A stretch of 63,063 nucleotides of DNA, counting the filler, from Octopus bimaculoides (Eukaryota), in NCBI RefSeq assembly GCF_001194135.2. It is 4 parts of 4 records of this genome, joined end to end, with 100 filler letters (N's around TTAATTAATTAA, not from the genome) between each part and the next. Parts side by side here need not be neighbours in the genome. Positions count along the whole stretch, not along the records: positions 19,825 to 49,862 come from NC_069004.1; positions 49,963 to 61,772 come from NC_068987.1; 2 more parts are not named here. One strand, given 5' to 3'. Below the pieces are notes generated by a model. That model searched no databases. It was given only the letters and a program-made list of their open reading frames with translations, and was not told the DNA's origin. Each line of letters opens with the position of its first letter. The first letter of the stretch is position 1. The position numbers and the translations under genes are program-made. Below, in pieces: positions 47,379-61,214 of this stretch.

Positions 47379-47769
47379 CAATATTAATATCACCTGCGGC
47401 ATTTTCCAAGGTGACTCACTTTCACCTTCAATTTTTTGAATAGGCCTAATACCCCTTACAAGAACAGAGTATTGATATAAAATTGACAAGAAAATAAGTC
47501 ATATATTTTATATGAACGACTTAAAACTCTATGAAAGAGACGATAATGATCTTGAAGGATTATTACGTACTGTGAAAGCATTCAGTGATGACATTGGGAT
47601 GGAATTTGGTCTTGTTAAATGTGCCAAGGCCACTTTCCAGAAAGGGAAATTGAAGACCTCACATTCAGTGGTGTTGGATGTTGACACAATTATAATAGAA
47701 CTCGAGCAGGAACAAACCTACAAATACCTCGGAAAAAGTGAGGGCTCTGGCATTCATAATAATACCTAA

Positions 47770-49466
47770 AACTTTTCGCTAAAAGTGCCATGGAATCTTA
47801 TTAAAGTTGTCCATAGTTTCAGCAAGGACATCGGAATGAGTATGGGGCTGGACAAATGTACCGGAGTTACACTGAGAAGAGACAAATTTATCAGCACTGA
47901 AAGCATTGCATTCATCATAGAGACAGAAATTAGAGAATTAGACCACAATAGCCCGTACAAATACCTAGGAATAGATGAAACAGCTAAACTACAACGCACA
48001 GAAATGAAAAAGAAAATTAGAAGAGAGTATTACAGAAGAGTTAGACTAATATTAAACACTGAACTTAAGATGGCAGGGATAAACACACTAGCCATACCAG
48101 TCATAAATTACAGCTTTAACATAATAAAATGGAAGATCAGTAAATTGAGAAACCTTGATAGAAAAACCAGAAAACTTCTAACAACGTACCGAAGTCACCA
48201 GCCCAAATCAGACGCAAACAGAATATATTTGCCTTGCTCAGGAGGAGGCCGTGGCCTGATACAGATAGAAAACTATTATAAAATAACAACAGTTGGGCTA
48301 GGAAAGTACTTAGAAACAAAGAGCCGGAGACTAGCAACGCGAGAAAAAGAAAATGCTTTTCGCTATAAACAAGGAGGCGACAAAATACAAAACAGATACA
48401 ATCTACACTGATACACTGACCTCAGGTGATAACACAGCAGAAATAGTCAAAGAGACAAAGAACAACATGAAAACAGAATTAAAAAAGGTACTGAAGAAGA
48501 CATGGAGAGAAAAATCACTCCATGGCCAATACCCTGCAAAGCTTGATAGAGTAGAAGTGAGCCTAAGTAAAAGCCAACAATGGCTCAAAAACTCTGAACT
48601 AAAAGCTGAAATGGAAGGAGTAATTCTCGCTGCACAAGACCAATGCCTGACTACAAACAACCATAAAAGCAAAATAATGAAAACAGGCCCTAACACTAAA
48701 TGTAGAATGTGCAACCAGCACAATGAGACAATTGACCACATCATCTCGGGCTGCCCAGTCCTTGCCAAATCTGAATATATACAACATTAAAACTGACAAT
48801 AGGTGGTATAAATATGTGCCAAGCAAGGTACAAGACAAGGACCAGGCCACAATCTTCTGGGATATGCCGGTTCAAACCGACAAAGGAATAAAAGCTAATC
48901 GCCCAGACATAATAATCAAGGTCTGAGAAACAAACACTGCTAACAGAGACATTGTAGTCACTTTTGATCAAAATATTGTCTTAAAAGAAGTGGAGAAATT
49001 GTCAAAGTACAAAGACTTCAACATTGAAGTATTAAAGATGTGGGGCACGAAGGTAAGAACAATACCAATAATAATTGGAGCATTGGGAATGCTAAAAAAC
49101 CACATGAACAAAAACATAGAAGCTATACCCGAATCCTCAACACTACATACTATCCAAAAAATAGCCCTACTAGGAACAGCCCACATCCTACGCAAGACAC
49201 TATTAATTCAATATAACAAGCTAAACAAAACAACCCACAAACACAAGACACAGCAATAACCCAGTGAAATAAACTTCCACGGGCAATCTAGATAACCATC
49301 GCATTACACACTCAACACGCAATACAAGCGAATAAGCCTGCGCTACACTTCAAGAGAAAAAGAAAAATTAACACAATACAATAGCGGGAAGAGTTTGCCC
49401 ACTCCCAACAATAGAAAAGAACACACAGTGTTGCAGTAGAAATTTGCCTCAAACTACCAAATGTTG
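47770..49466 (+). mobile_element. Dong/R4-type LINE piece D4 (RT C-terminus, CCHC, RLE, 3' UTR)
   Basis: GLDKC, YKYLGI, DANRIYLP..GGGRGLIQ, LHGQY, CRMCNQHNETIDHIISGCP, NRPDIII, IIIGALG, QKIALLGTAHILRK. Confidence 0.92.
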
Positions 49467-49520
49467 AATAATAACAATAATAACAATAATAACAATAATA
49501 ACAATAATAACGACGACGAC

Positions 49521-49603
<83 letters not shown>
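49467..49603. repeat. (AAT/AAC)n(GAT)n tail microsatellite
   Basis: Directly follows D4. Confidence 0.95.
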
Positions 49604-49604
<1 letters not shown>

Positions 49605-49862
49605 AAACACAGACAGAGTGAACCATTCATAAGTTTAAAACGCCACAAAAAACAAAAACAAAAAAATACACCATGCCCGGAGATAAATCTATCAACAAAA
49701 AAAATACAGACGAATACCGATCTGCTAGCCTTAAGAAACTACGCTACGAGCAATGTTTACATGCTGAGAACACGGTGACGGTGTTGTCTCAAAAAATTGA
49801 CCCTAAACAGACAAATCCGTCCCCTAATGTCAACGCCAAAACTCGTCATGCCTCAATGATAA

Positions 49863-49962
49863 NNNNNNNNNNNNNNNNNNNNNNNNNNNNNNNNNNNNNN
49901 NNNNNNTTAATTAATTAANNNNNNNNNNNNNNNNNNNNNNNNNNNNNNNNNNNNNNNNNNNN
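49863..49962. other. Artificial 100-bp scaffold linker
   Basis: N44-TTAATTAATTAA-N44. Confidence 0.95.
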
Positions 49963-50019
<57 letters not shown>

Positions 50020-50410
50020 GGCGCAGGCATAGCTTTTGGTAAGAAGCCTGCCCTCACCCCCAGCCGCATGGTTTCGGGTTCAGTCCTGCTATAGCTTCGA
50101 GCCGACCAAAGAGTGTATTTAGTAGACACAAGCTGAAAGAAGCCCGTATGTACGTATGTATGTATATATAAATATAGATATTGATGCATGTGTGTCTTTG
50201 TTTCTGTGTTTTTCTCCGTATCATCGCTTGACAGCTGATGTTGGTGTGTTTACGTTCGCTTAACTTAACGGTTCATCAAAAGAGACCCATAGATTACGTA
50301 CTAGGCTTACAAAACATAAATCCCGAGGTCGATTTCTTCGAATAAAATTGTATAAGGCGGTGCCCCAGCATGACCTTAGACAAATGACTGAAATAAGTAA
50401 GAGAATAAAT
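50020..50410 (+). mobile_element. SINE family 1 (decayed)
   Basis: Head GGCGCAGGC...GGTTCAGTCC; body GAAAGAAGCCCGT...GGCGGTGCCCCAGCATG. Confidence 0.8.
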
Positions 50411-50565
50411 ACATACATACATATATATTGAGTTGATATTTGGAATTTAACATGGAATTTGTACCCTTTAACCAGGTATAATATCCCAGTTTCTGTGAGA
50501 TTTTTGCTACCCTGGAAGTTTTTCAACCAAGATAATATGATAATATTAATATATACATAAATACA

Positions 50566-50613
<48 letters not shown>

Positions 50614-52897
50614 CATATATATGTGTGTGTGTGTGTGTGGTGCAAACATAAAAGTTGCAGACATCTTCTAAACTATTTCAATGTTTGTCGACTTACATTT
50701 CCTGGAATGCCTCGAAATACTGTATCTTAGTTTCTCAGTATGTACTCACACAAAGTACCGCACTCACACAAAGAAACACACTCACACAAACACACACACA
50801 CTCATGTCTACATATGCGTATGTATAATTATACGTATATATAGTTCTTTGTTTATGTGCATGTGTGTGTGTGTGTATTTTTGTGTATGTATATGTGTGTG
50901 AGCTTGTGTTTGTATATGTGTTTTTTGTGTGCCTGTGTGCACACTCATACAGTCTGTTATAACAAATAAACATATATTGCCTTCTTTAAAATATGTTTTG
51001 CAAATGTATAGCTAAATCAACAAATTTGTTCACTGCATACATTCAGATATAACACACACACACACATATATATACACCGAGATATACATAGGTAAATGAA
51101 TTGATAGATTTACTTGCTTCTACGTACCGAAACAAAGATTAGTGATTCTAAAAGCAAATGTTTTCTTGTAAACAAATATAAAACTATTTGAGCAGAACAC
51201 GAACGATTTTCAAATTGATACAGACTTATTTCTTCTGTCACATTCAAAAGGAAAACTTAACAACAGATAAGTTATCTCACCATTTGTCAATATATCTAAA
51301 AGCCATATTGTTAAATGTAACCAAACAGCTATATACTAGATAAATATTTTACTACTAATATGTTTAACCCTATAGATGTGACAATGTCATGTGAAGCTCG
51401 GTGTATATAATGTAAAATGATATCTTTTGATTAAACATGCGATTTATTTTGTCTTTTAGGCAGTAAAGTATATAAATGTGAGGCAACTCTTTATTACACG
51501 TACTTACTGCGATGTCGAGGTTACGTGAAAATGGTTTGATACACGGATTTGCTGAAATCGTAACTGAATAGATTGATATTGTTTTTGCAATGATACACTG
51601 CGTCTAGCAGCTGCTGCCATGTTCTGACCACCACAGCTGAATAATTAGAAAATCAAAATCAAAATCTGAAAGAAAAGAAAGAGACAGAGTGAGTGAGAGA
51701 GAGGGGAAACGGGAAGAGAGATAGTGAGACATGTAGTATATATAATTAGATAACTTTAAACAACACGGAACTTAATAGTTTCATTCAGACGCTGGATTAA
51801 CCATCGGGTTTACAACTACTGTTATCCTCTTCTAGTCTTTCTTTCGATCAAATAATGATATTATTCCGCTTTCATTTACTGAAGGTTTGCATAATAACAA
51901 GAAGCAAGTATGTTTCGAATAAGTCTATAATCACGTCCAAGCCATTTATATTTATGCTTTCCCATAGAATATAGTTCCCAAAGAGAATATAGTTCTTTTT
52001 CATTGGAAGTTAAGCAGCTAAATACCTCTTTATATGTATATCCGTTGTTTGCGTATATACATATTCATATGCATACATATATATCCCGTGATAAGGCTCT
52101 CTTTCTGGAGTAAAGAAATTTTGTGGAGTTTTAATGTGCCGCTTAGTATTACATACAAGTCTGCGCTGATGATAAATGTTCGCACCTGACAAGTGCCCCA
52201 GTGATATAGCAGAATATGATCCTTGCTTTAAAGCACACAGAACCCGCTGGAGGGCCGCCCTTCTCCAGACATGTGACTCAGAAGCCCACTGATATTACAA
52301 GAATTACTTCACATGCATAAGGCTTAAATACGCCGAGTGCTTCAAGACTAAGTACGAGAAAGTAGGAGACTGGTAGAGCAAACTATACACTATCACTGGA
52401 AACAACAGCTGTGATGTTCATAGAAAAACCGTGAATTTTCAGACTAGCATTGACATCCACTAAGGCTAGGTCTCAAGGCATGACCTAAGAGGAGAGTAAA
52501 AAGAAGAGAAGGAAGAGGGGGAATAGGCGAGGAAGAGAAGGAAGACAAAGAGAGAAAGAGAGAAAGAGAAAGTGAGAGAGAGAGAGAGAGAGAGAGAGAA
52601 AGAAAGAGAGAGAGACAGACAGAAAGAGAGAGAGACAGACAGAAAGAGAGAGAGAGAGAGGCTATTGTTTGCTCATTTCTCATATAGTTTAGCAAGCTGT
52701 ATAACTTCAAAATAACAGATAATATGAGCATTAAATACGTTAAATTAAAGAAACACCTTAATTTTAGATATTTATCAATATAGGTTTAAGTCTTCCAGTT
52801 TAAAGTGTATTCATACGGTTTATATTTGAGGCTTATTTCATGTTTGCAAAAACGAACTAAAGCAATGTGACCTTTCATCCGACATCATCGGCATATC

Positions 52898-52953
<56 letters not shown>

Positions 52954-52970
52954 GTGTTTGTCTGTCTGTG

Positions 52971-53003
<33 letters not shown>

Positions 53004-53241
53004 NNNNNNNNNNNNNNNNNNNNNNNNNNNNNNNNNNNNNNNNNNNNNNNNNNNNNNNNNNNNNNNNNNNNNNNTACGTACATACATATATATATATTTT
53101 TTTATACGTATGTATGTTTGGTATGTATGTATGGACGGATGGATGTATGTTTGGATGGATGGATATATATATATATGTATGTACGTATGTATGTATGTAT
53201 GTATGTATGTATATATGTGTGCATGTATATATGTATGCATG

Positions 53242-53272
<31 letters not shown>

Positions 53273-53399
53273 GCGTATATGTATATAGGTATTTATGTAT
53301 GCATGTATGTATGTATACATGCGCTTGCGCGCGCGCACACACACACACACATATATATACTCGTATATACATACATATATACATGGCGGTTGTCTACTC

Positions 53400-54160
53400 C
53401 TTATGCAGAGCTTGACCACCTCTTGTACTTACACCTAAGACCTATCATAGCGTCTGATGTGGCTCTTTAAACCAGACAATGTTTTGAAAATACACGCACA
53501 TAAAGAACTGCAGCTAAGTTCTGATCTTCGTGGATCTTAACATGTCGTTTGAAACCTCCGTTAAACTGACAGATCTTATGACATACATGGATGGTATGCC
53601 CAGATAAATAGATAATGTAGTTGGCGGAGGTTCGTTTATCATGAGTCCACAGGTGATTGTTGAGCCCAGCAAAAGAAAGTCTCGGCCTGTCACAAATTGT
53701 GCACACAAAAAGCTGGTTGGGGTTCATTTCCCCGTTGACCGTAGCATTTTTCTTTAAATTTTTTTGAGCTTCGCATGGGTCATCCTGGTTTCTTCAAAAC
53801 CTTTCACACCACTTCACACTTTTATTCACCATCCAGCTCGATCTCAGGCAAGTGTTTCTATGACCTTCGGATCCATTCCAAGTGACTTCATGTTAGTCTT
53901 TTTACAGTCCTTAAACCTCTTTTTAGGTTTACACTGATCATTTTTTCCGTTCTGAAAGTTGGCCATAAAAAAAATTTGGATGTGCAGTCATCCGGCATTC
54001 AAACAATGTGGCCAAACTATTTCATTTGATTTTTGAAGTTCATTGGTTTACGTCAACTGGTGCCTGCAGATGCAAGGATATCTGTGTCTGGAATAAAAAA
54101 AAAATATTCCTATTAATGTTTAAAATGAGACGAAGGCATTTTAGGTGGAACCGTTCTAAC
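53400..54160 (-). mobile_element. RTE-clade LINE 3' fragment with C-terminal C2H2 zinc fingers
   Basis: LERFHLKCLRLILNI; KPKKRFKDC..TNMKSLG; fingers CTICDRPRLSFAGLNNHLWTH, HVCHKICQFNGGFKRHVKIH and frameshifted CSSLCACIFKTLSGLKSHIRRY. Confidence 0.8.
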
Positions 54161-54201
54161 ATACATACATACGTACGTACACACATACATACATACATAT
54201 A

Positions 54202-54234
<33 letters not shown>

Positions 54235-54568
54235 TTATATATATATGTATATATATATATATATATATATANNNNNNNNNNNNNNNNNNNNNNNNNNNNN
54301 NNNNNNNNNNNNNNNNNNNNNNNNNNNNNNNNNNNNNNNNNNNNNNNNNNNNNNNNNNNNNNNNNNNNNNNNNNNNNNNNNNNNNNNNNNNNNNNNNNNN
54401 NNNNNNNNNNNNNNNNNNNNNNNNNNNNNNNNNNNNNNNNNNNNNNNNNNNNNNNNNNNNNNNNNNNNNNNNNNNNNNNNNNNNNNNNNNNNNNNNNNNN
54501 NNNNNNNNNNNNNNNNNNNNNNNNNNNNNNNNNNNNNNNNNNNNNNNNNNNNNNNNNNNNNNNNNNNN

Positions 54569-54605
<37 letters not shown>

Positions 54606-54667
54606 TTCATGTGTGTCTGTGTGCGCCAGCGCGCATATGTAGTCACACATGTCGACATTATTATGGC

Positions 54668-54703
<36 letters not shown>

Positions 54704-55075
54704 AATTGTAAGGTAGATTCCTGAGAGTACTTGGTTGTTGATTTCATTTATTGTTGATGTCAAATATGATGTTGATAGGTTGGAATGTTAGACATAATTC
54801 CACATTTACGTATCTCCAAAAATTCAAAAATACTTTTCTACTTAACATAGCTTTGGAATGTTCATTATTTAGGTAAAAATTCAGGTCAAGATATTTATGC
54901 TCAAAATTTGAACAATTTTATTAATTCGTTCCTAATTCTGTCAGTTTTCTGGCCATTTTATTGTTGCGGTATGGAAAAATTCTCCATTGTCACTGTAAGT
55001 TCCTCTGACGATTTTCTTTACTGTCTTTTGTATGCATAAAGTTTGAAGTTCATTTCTAATTCGCATAAACTCTTA

Positions 55076-55308
55076 GGGCCGGCTTCCCAGTTTCCATGGC
55101 GTATATATTCTCCACCTGGACTGGACGCCAGTCCGTCGCAGAATTAATCACTTTTGACAGCTGAGCGAAGTGAAGCAATGTGAAATATTTTGTTCAAGAA
55201 CATAATGTTTTGCTCAAGAACATAATGCGCCGTCCGGGCCAGGAATCGAAAACCGCAATCTTACAATCATGAATCCAACTAACTAACCACTAAGCCACGT
55301 GTCTCCAC
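55076..55308 (-). mobile_element. tRNA-derived SINE with a 20-bp internal tandem duplication
   Basis: Head GTGGCTTAGTGGTTAG...TTCGATTCC; TTTTG(T/C)TCAAGAACATAATG twice at 55188-55227. Confidence 0.8.
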
Positions 55309-55776
55309 CTTTTGTATGAATTTAGATACGAATAAGTTCTGATAGTTTCACAGAACTTCTAATAATAGAATAACATAGAAAAAGTATTTTAATATTTGGA
55401 TAACAATAGTTTTACCAGTATTGTTATCCAAACAGTACAAACTTAGAAAATAAAAGCTTCCTAATACACTCGATAATTTGAATCGGTATTGTGCTATAAT
55501 CGATTTAATATGAATCGATTAGTTGCACAGAACCATCACATCTAAGGATGCTTAAATAACAGACATGTATGGGCATCTTATATGCTGTAGAATTTTTGAT
55601 CAAGGATGTATAATTCTCCATTCCTTATTATCTCTCTCTCTCTCTCGCTTTCTCTCTCTCTCTCTCGCTTTCTCTCTCTCTCTCTCGCTTTCTCTCTCTC
55701 TCTCTCNNNNNNNNNNNNNNNNNNNNNNNCTCTCTCTCTTTCTCTCTCACTCTTTCTTTCTCTCTCTCTCTCTTTT

Positions 55777-55809
<33 letters not shown>

Positions 55810-55844
55810 ATATATAAATGTGCGTATGTGAAAGACTGTGCATG

Positions 55845-55889
<45 letters not shown>

Positions 55890-56893
55890 ATATATAGCTG
55901 TATTAAGGTATAGGCATGTATGAATGCGCATGCGTGTGCATTTATGTTTGTGAACGTGTATATGTGTGTATTTGTGTGTGTTTTTATATTCCTTCGGATT
56001 GAGCTTCATTTGACAATCTTTTGAATGGCTGATGCAGGAAAAGTTGCTTTACACAAACTCTCATCACATAAACACCAGCAGATACTAACATACACGCATA
56101 CACAGGCACACACAGAGCCGCACACTAATTTATGACGAAGATCTACTTGAACCGAGTGTAATCAATTTTTATACATCAACGACAACTCTGACTAAATACG
56201 AAGTTCTCTTTTCTTTCTTTTCGTCGTTTTTGCTTTCTTAGATTACTCTTCAGTGGGTTATAAACTACGCCACAATTTGAGCGTTTCTGCTCGCTGTTGC
56301 AACTCGTTCATTTGACTGACACGCTTAGAAAGCATCAAACCTACCTGCAGTTCAAAGCATTTTGATACACAAGCCACTTGCAAATTTGGCTACGATACGA
56401 TATTGCCATCCGATATCAAGAGAAGCATGATGCCGCTCATTATTTATTAAATCCGTTTTTTTCGCAAGATACATTATACATATAACAAAATTTGATTTTA
56501 AGTATTGCCTTGAATTCTTTTCCGGAAATGATTCTGAGGTTCCATATGGCATGCAAGGCGTTTAAGATGGCTCTACGCTATGCACTTATTCTCATACATA
56601 TTGATGTCAATGTTGGATTTTCATTTCAAGCGGTTATTGTATCTTTTCATCAAGCAATATCGCTGGTAAATTTACTATACAATATTCATTTTGGTGATCA
56701 AATCTCTTCCAGGTGTACTCCTGGTTAATATTTCACTCTTATGGACAAGATACATTAAATGAACTCTTGGCAGTACTAAATCCAGCACAAACGACTTACT
56801 GGAACCAGATGGGAGATGATGTAGCAACCTAAAGCACACGCATGAACAGGCACACACACGCACACACACATACAAATACACACACACATACAA

Positions 56894-57125
56894 GGCGGCG
56901 AGCTGGCAGAAACGTTAGCACGCCGGGCGAAATGCTTAGCGGTATTTCGTCTGCCGCTACGTTCTGAGTTCAAATTTCGCCGAGGTCGACTTTGCCTTTC
57001 ATCCTTTCGGGGTCGATTAAATAAGTACCAGTTACGCACTGGGGTCGATATAATCGACTTAATCCGTTTGTCTGTCTTTGTTTGTCCCGTCTGTGTGTAA
57101 CCCCTTGTGGGTAGTAAAGAAATAA
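56894..57125 (+). mobile_element. SINE family 2 (well preserved)
   Basis: Full head, body and tail. Confidence 0.88.
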
Positions 57126-57802
57126 CACACATACGCATACACACACACACGCGTACATGTGGTACCGATTCAAACTATTATATATATATATGTATATGCA
57201 TGCACACACACATACGTGTATATATNNNNNNNNNNNNNNNNNNNNNNNNNNNNNNNNNNNNNNNNNNNNNNNNNNNNNNNNNNNNNNNNNNNNNNNNNNN
57301 NNNNNNNNNNNNNNNNNNNNNNNNNNNNNNNNNNNNNNNNNNNNNNNNNNNNNNNNNNNNNNNNNNNNNNNNNNATACATATGCGTGTGTGTGTATATAT
57401 ATATACATACATAAATAGATTTTATAGTTAAATACTTGTCTCTCCACCCTGAAGATGGAAGCCGCTTCTGTCCACTGTTTATTTGCTTCCATTATTGGGT
57501 TGCATATTTTTGTTGAACAACAGTTGCCAATATTATAAAGTAACTTAAGTCCCCAGAAACAGCTGTCGGACTTATAACACCATACCGTCTTCAATTTGAT
57601 TTTTCTCTGTCTTTGTACTGTGTGTAAATATACAAATATCTATATACTCTGTAAATATATATATATATATATATATCTATATACTTGTGCTTGAATATTC
57701 ATCGACTGAAAAATGTCAGTCTTTGCTTTATCTCTATCGACATATATGTAGGTATGTATATCTTGTATATGTAACCCAAGGAGTTTTATTTGTTTATTTG
57801 CA

Positions 57803-57884
<82 letters not shown>

Positions 57885-58422
57885 NNNNNNNNNNNNNNNN
57901 NNNNNNNNNNNNNNNNNNNNNNNNNNNNNNNNNNNNNNNNNNNNNNNNNNNNNNNNNNNNNNNNNNNNNNNNNNNNNNNNNNNNNNNNNNNNNNNNNNNN
58001 NNNNNNNNNNNNNNNNNNNNNNNNNNNNNNNNNNNNNNNNNNNNNNNNNNNNNNNNNNNNNNNNNNNNNNNNNNNNNNNNNNNNNNNNNNNNNNNNNNNN
58101 NNNNNNNNNNNNNNNNNNNNNNNNNNNNNNNNNNNNNNNNNNNNNNNNNNNNNNNNNNNNNNNNNNNNNNNNNNNNNNNNNAAAGGAAGTCTTGCGTAAA
58201 GGAAAGTATTTCTTATTATACATTACGTATTAAATGCTTTCAAAATAACATTTTTCGGTTTGATTTCATTAATTACTTTATTACGATTTATACGACTTCA
58301 TGCCAGCAAAAACTACCCTGACTTGCCTTTATTAACACGGATTTCCTAACAAGGATTTGGGAAAAGTTAGTCGAAAATTCCGGTACTGTCCATCGTTTCT
58401 AAGCAAAACAAGAAATATATGA

Positions 58423-58453
<31 letters not shown>

Positions 58454-58599
58454 TGTATGTATGTATGTATGTTTGTATGTGTTATGTATATATAGTTCTC
58501 TTCTGTTTTTATGTCTTAATTTTGCCTTTGAACAAGAAGCTGGTTTCTAACAAAGATGGAAAGCCCCATCGTGGAATGTAGCTAGCGAAAACAATGTCA

Positions 58600-59160
58600 C
58601 ATTTTAAATTTGTGAAAAGTCTTGTATATATTCACTGTTCCAATTACAGATGGAATATGTAATATGCAAGTTAGTTGGTTGATTACTTTTTCTGGGAATC
58701 ATAGTTTATCGAGACTATCAGTTTGGTATTTACTCAGTAAACCAAGTGCAGCATTTATTATTGGCATAAACGTAAACGTTTATGCAATCTGGGTAAAGCA
58801 GCTGGAGGTCTCAAAGCAGTTCTCTATAGTTATCCTCTTCCTCTTTCAATTTTCAAAGATATATTCATATCAGCCGCACAGCTGACCTCTATCGCGGTAC
58901 GTACAATTTTGTCTGTCTCAAACAACAATATCTGGCGTGTTATGCTTTCACCTGATAGATGTTGCGATTGGAATGTTCTACCAGTCGTACTTGTGTTCAT
59001 ATATGTGTATGTATTCAACAACTCCCGAATTATTCCAGGAAATCTCTTCCAGGTGGCATTGTACGTTGTTTTGCCGACAATGTCGTGCCGCATGGGGAGG
59101 TGGTAACTTGACGATACTTTTGGGCTGCTGCTAATTTCTTGTGTCATGTTTTCCACAAAA
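58600..59160 (-). mobile_element. RLE-type (R2/R4/NeSL group) LINE 3' remnant
   Basis: RHDIVGKTTYNA; IEVSCAADMNISLK; downstream frames give NYRELL.DLQLLYPD and FTFMPII..ALG. Confidence 0.72.
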
Positions 59161-59508
59161 ATATGTCATAAGCAATATATTTATGTATGTATATATATAT
59201 ANNNNNNNNNNNNNNNNNNNNNNNNNNNNNNNNNNNNNNNNNNNNNNNNNNNNNNNNNNNNNNNNNNNNNNNNNNNNNNNNNNNNNNNNNNNNNNNNNNN
59301 NNNNNNNNNNNNNNNNNNNNNNNNNNNNNNNNNNNNNNNNNNNNNNNNNNNNNNNNNNNNNNNNNNNNNNNNNNNNNNNNNNNNNNNNNNNNNNNNNNNN
59401 NNNNNNNNNNNNNNNNNNNNNNNNNNNNNNNNNNNNNNNNNNNNNNNNNNNNNNNNNNNNNNNNNNNNNNNNNNNNNNNNNNNNNNNNNNNNTATACATA
59501 TACATAAA

Positions 59509-59793
59509 GGAGTACTCCACGGGTTACGACGATGAGGGTCCCAGCTGATACGATCAACGGAACAGCTTGCTCGTGAAGTTAACGTGCAAATGACTGAGCA
59601 ATCCACAGACACGTGTACCTTTAACGTAGTTCTCAGGGAGATTCAGTATGACACACAGTGTGACAAGGCCGGCCCTTTGAAATACAGGTAAAAGTCATTT
59701 TTGCCAGCTGAATGAACTGGAGCAACGTGAAATAAATTGAACTCACGATCTTACAATTGTGAGCCGAATGCCCTAACCACTAAGCCACGCGCC
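59509..59793 (-). mobile_element. SINE family 3 with tRNA head
   Basis: Minus-strand head GGCGCGTGGCTTAGTGGTTAGGGCATTCGG; body homologous to 13620-13800. Confidence 0.8.
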
Positions 59794-59836
59794 TTAACAC
59801 ATATGTTTATACATATATATATACATGCACACACAC

Positions 59837-59880
<44 letters not shown>

Positions 59881-60424
59881 GTGTGTGTGTGTGTGTGTAT
59901 GTGTGTGTGTGTGTGTGTGTACGTATACATGTGCAAATACATATGTTTGTCGTCTGAGTGATTGTATGAAGCGATGTACTTATATATGCACGTTGTATGT
60001 ATGTTTGTACTGAACGCATGCATATGCCTATAAATGTATTGAAGATAAGATATATCAAGGAATAGGTATAGATATACACCACTTATACAAAAGTACACAA
60101 AATCTCTGACACAGGCAAATATGCAAACATTTATGAATTTACACTTTCAAATACACATAACTTCACACACGCACATGTACTTACAAGGAAGAAAATTAGC
60201 CAAAGGACAGATTGTAGTAAGTCGCCATTCAAGTAATGTTAAGCAGAATATACGTGTTAATATGCCAGGTGACAGAGATTCAAAATCATTTTCTTTTATT
60301 GACTTAACAAAGGAGCCGCAAGGAGATGTTTGCTGAAAGATATAGAATGAGTTAGGGAAATAAGAGAATGAATGTGTGGTATTTGTCTATAATCTTCTGT
60401 ATTTTGTTATTATTGTTGTCATTG

Positions 60425-60461
<37 letters not shown>

Positions 60462-60517
60462 GTATACAACAAATTCCCAAAATTATACATATAAAACATA
60501 CAGGTAACGCAAATGCA

Positions 60518-60568
<51 letters not shown>

Positions 60569-61214
60569 GTAACTANNNNNNNNNNNNNNNNNNNNNNNNN
60601 NNNNNNNNNNNNNNNNNNNNNNNNNNNNNNNNNNNNNNNNNNNNNNNNNNNNNNNNNNNNNNNNNNNNNNNNNNNNNNNNNNNNNNNNNNNNNNNNNNNN
60701 NNNNNNNNNNNNNNNNNNNNNNNNNNNNNNNNNNNNNNNNNNNNNNNNNNNNNNNNNNNNNNNNNNNNNNNNNNNNNNNNNNNNNNNNNNNNNNNNNNNN
60801 NNNNNNNNNNNNNNNNNNNNNNNNNNNNNNNNNNNNNNNNNNNNNNNNNNNNNNNNNNNNNNNNNNNNNNNNNNNNNNNNNNNNNNNNNNNNNNNNNNNN
60901 NNNNNNNNNNNNNNNNNNNNNNNNNNNNNNNNNNNNNNNNNNNNNNNNNNNNNNNNNNNNNNNNNNNNNNNNNNNNNNNNNNNNNNNNNNNNNNNNNNNN
61001 NNNNNNNNNNNNNNNNNNNNNNNNNNNNNNNNNNNNNNNNNNNNNNNNNNNNNNNNNNNNNNNNNNNNNNNNNNNNNNNNNNNNNNNNNNNNNNNNNNNN
61101 NNNNNNNNNNNNNNNNNNNNNNNNNNNNNNNNNNNNNNNNNNNNNNNNNTATATATATATATATATATATATATTGCCTGGGTTGCAGTCAATTTGATTT
61201 GGAAATCCAATAAG

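Larger units (their letters stand above)
45414..47765 (+). mobile_element. Dong/R4-type LINE piece D3 (RT), split by an LTR at 46119
   Basis: KSPG, NYRPITCLSTTYK, EQKGC, WIDYKKAFDS; after the insert CGIFQGDSLSP and HIFYMNDLKLY. Confidence 0.9.

Noticed and set aside
53467-53727. Host C2H2 zinc-finger gene
   Set aside because: Contiguous with RTE RT C-terminal motifs, lacks TGEKP linkers, and is frameshifted
56330-56560. Possible exon ending CAG/GTAGGT on the minus strand
   Set aside because: Stops in all frames nearby and no recognisable protein motif
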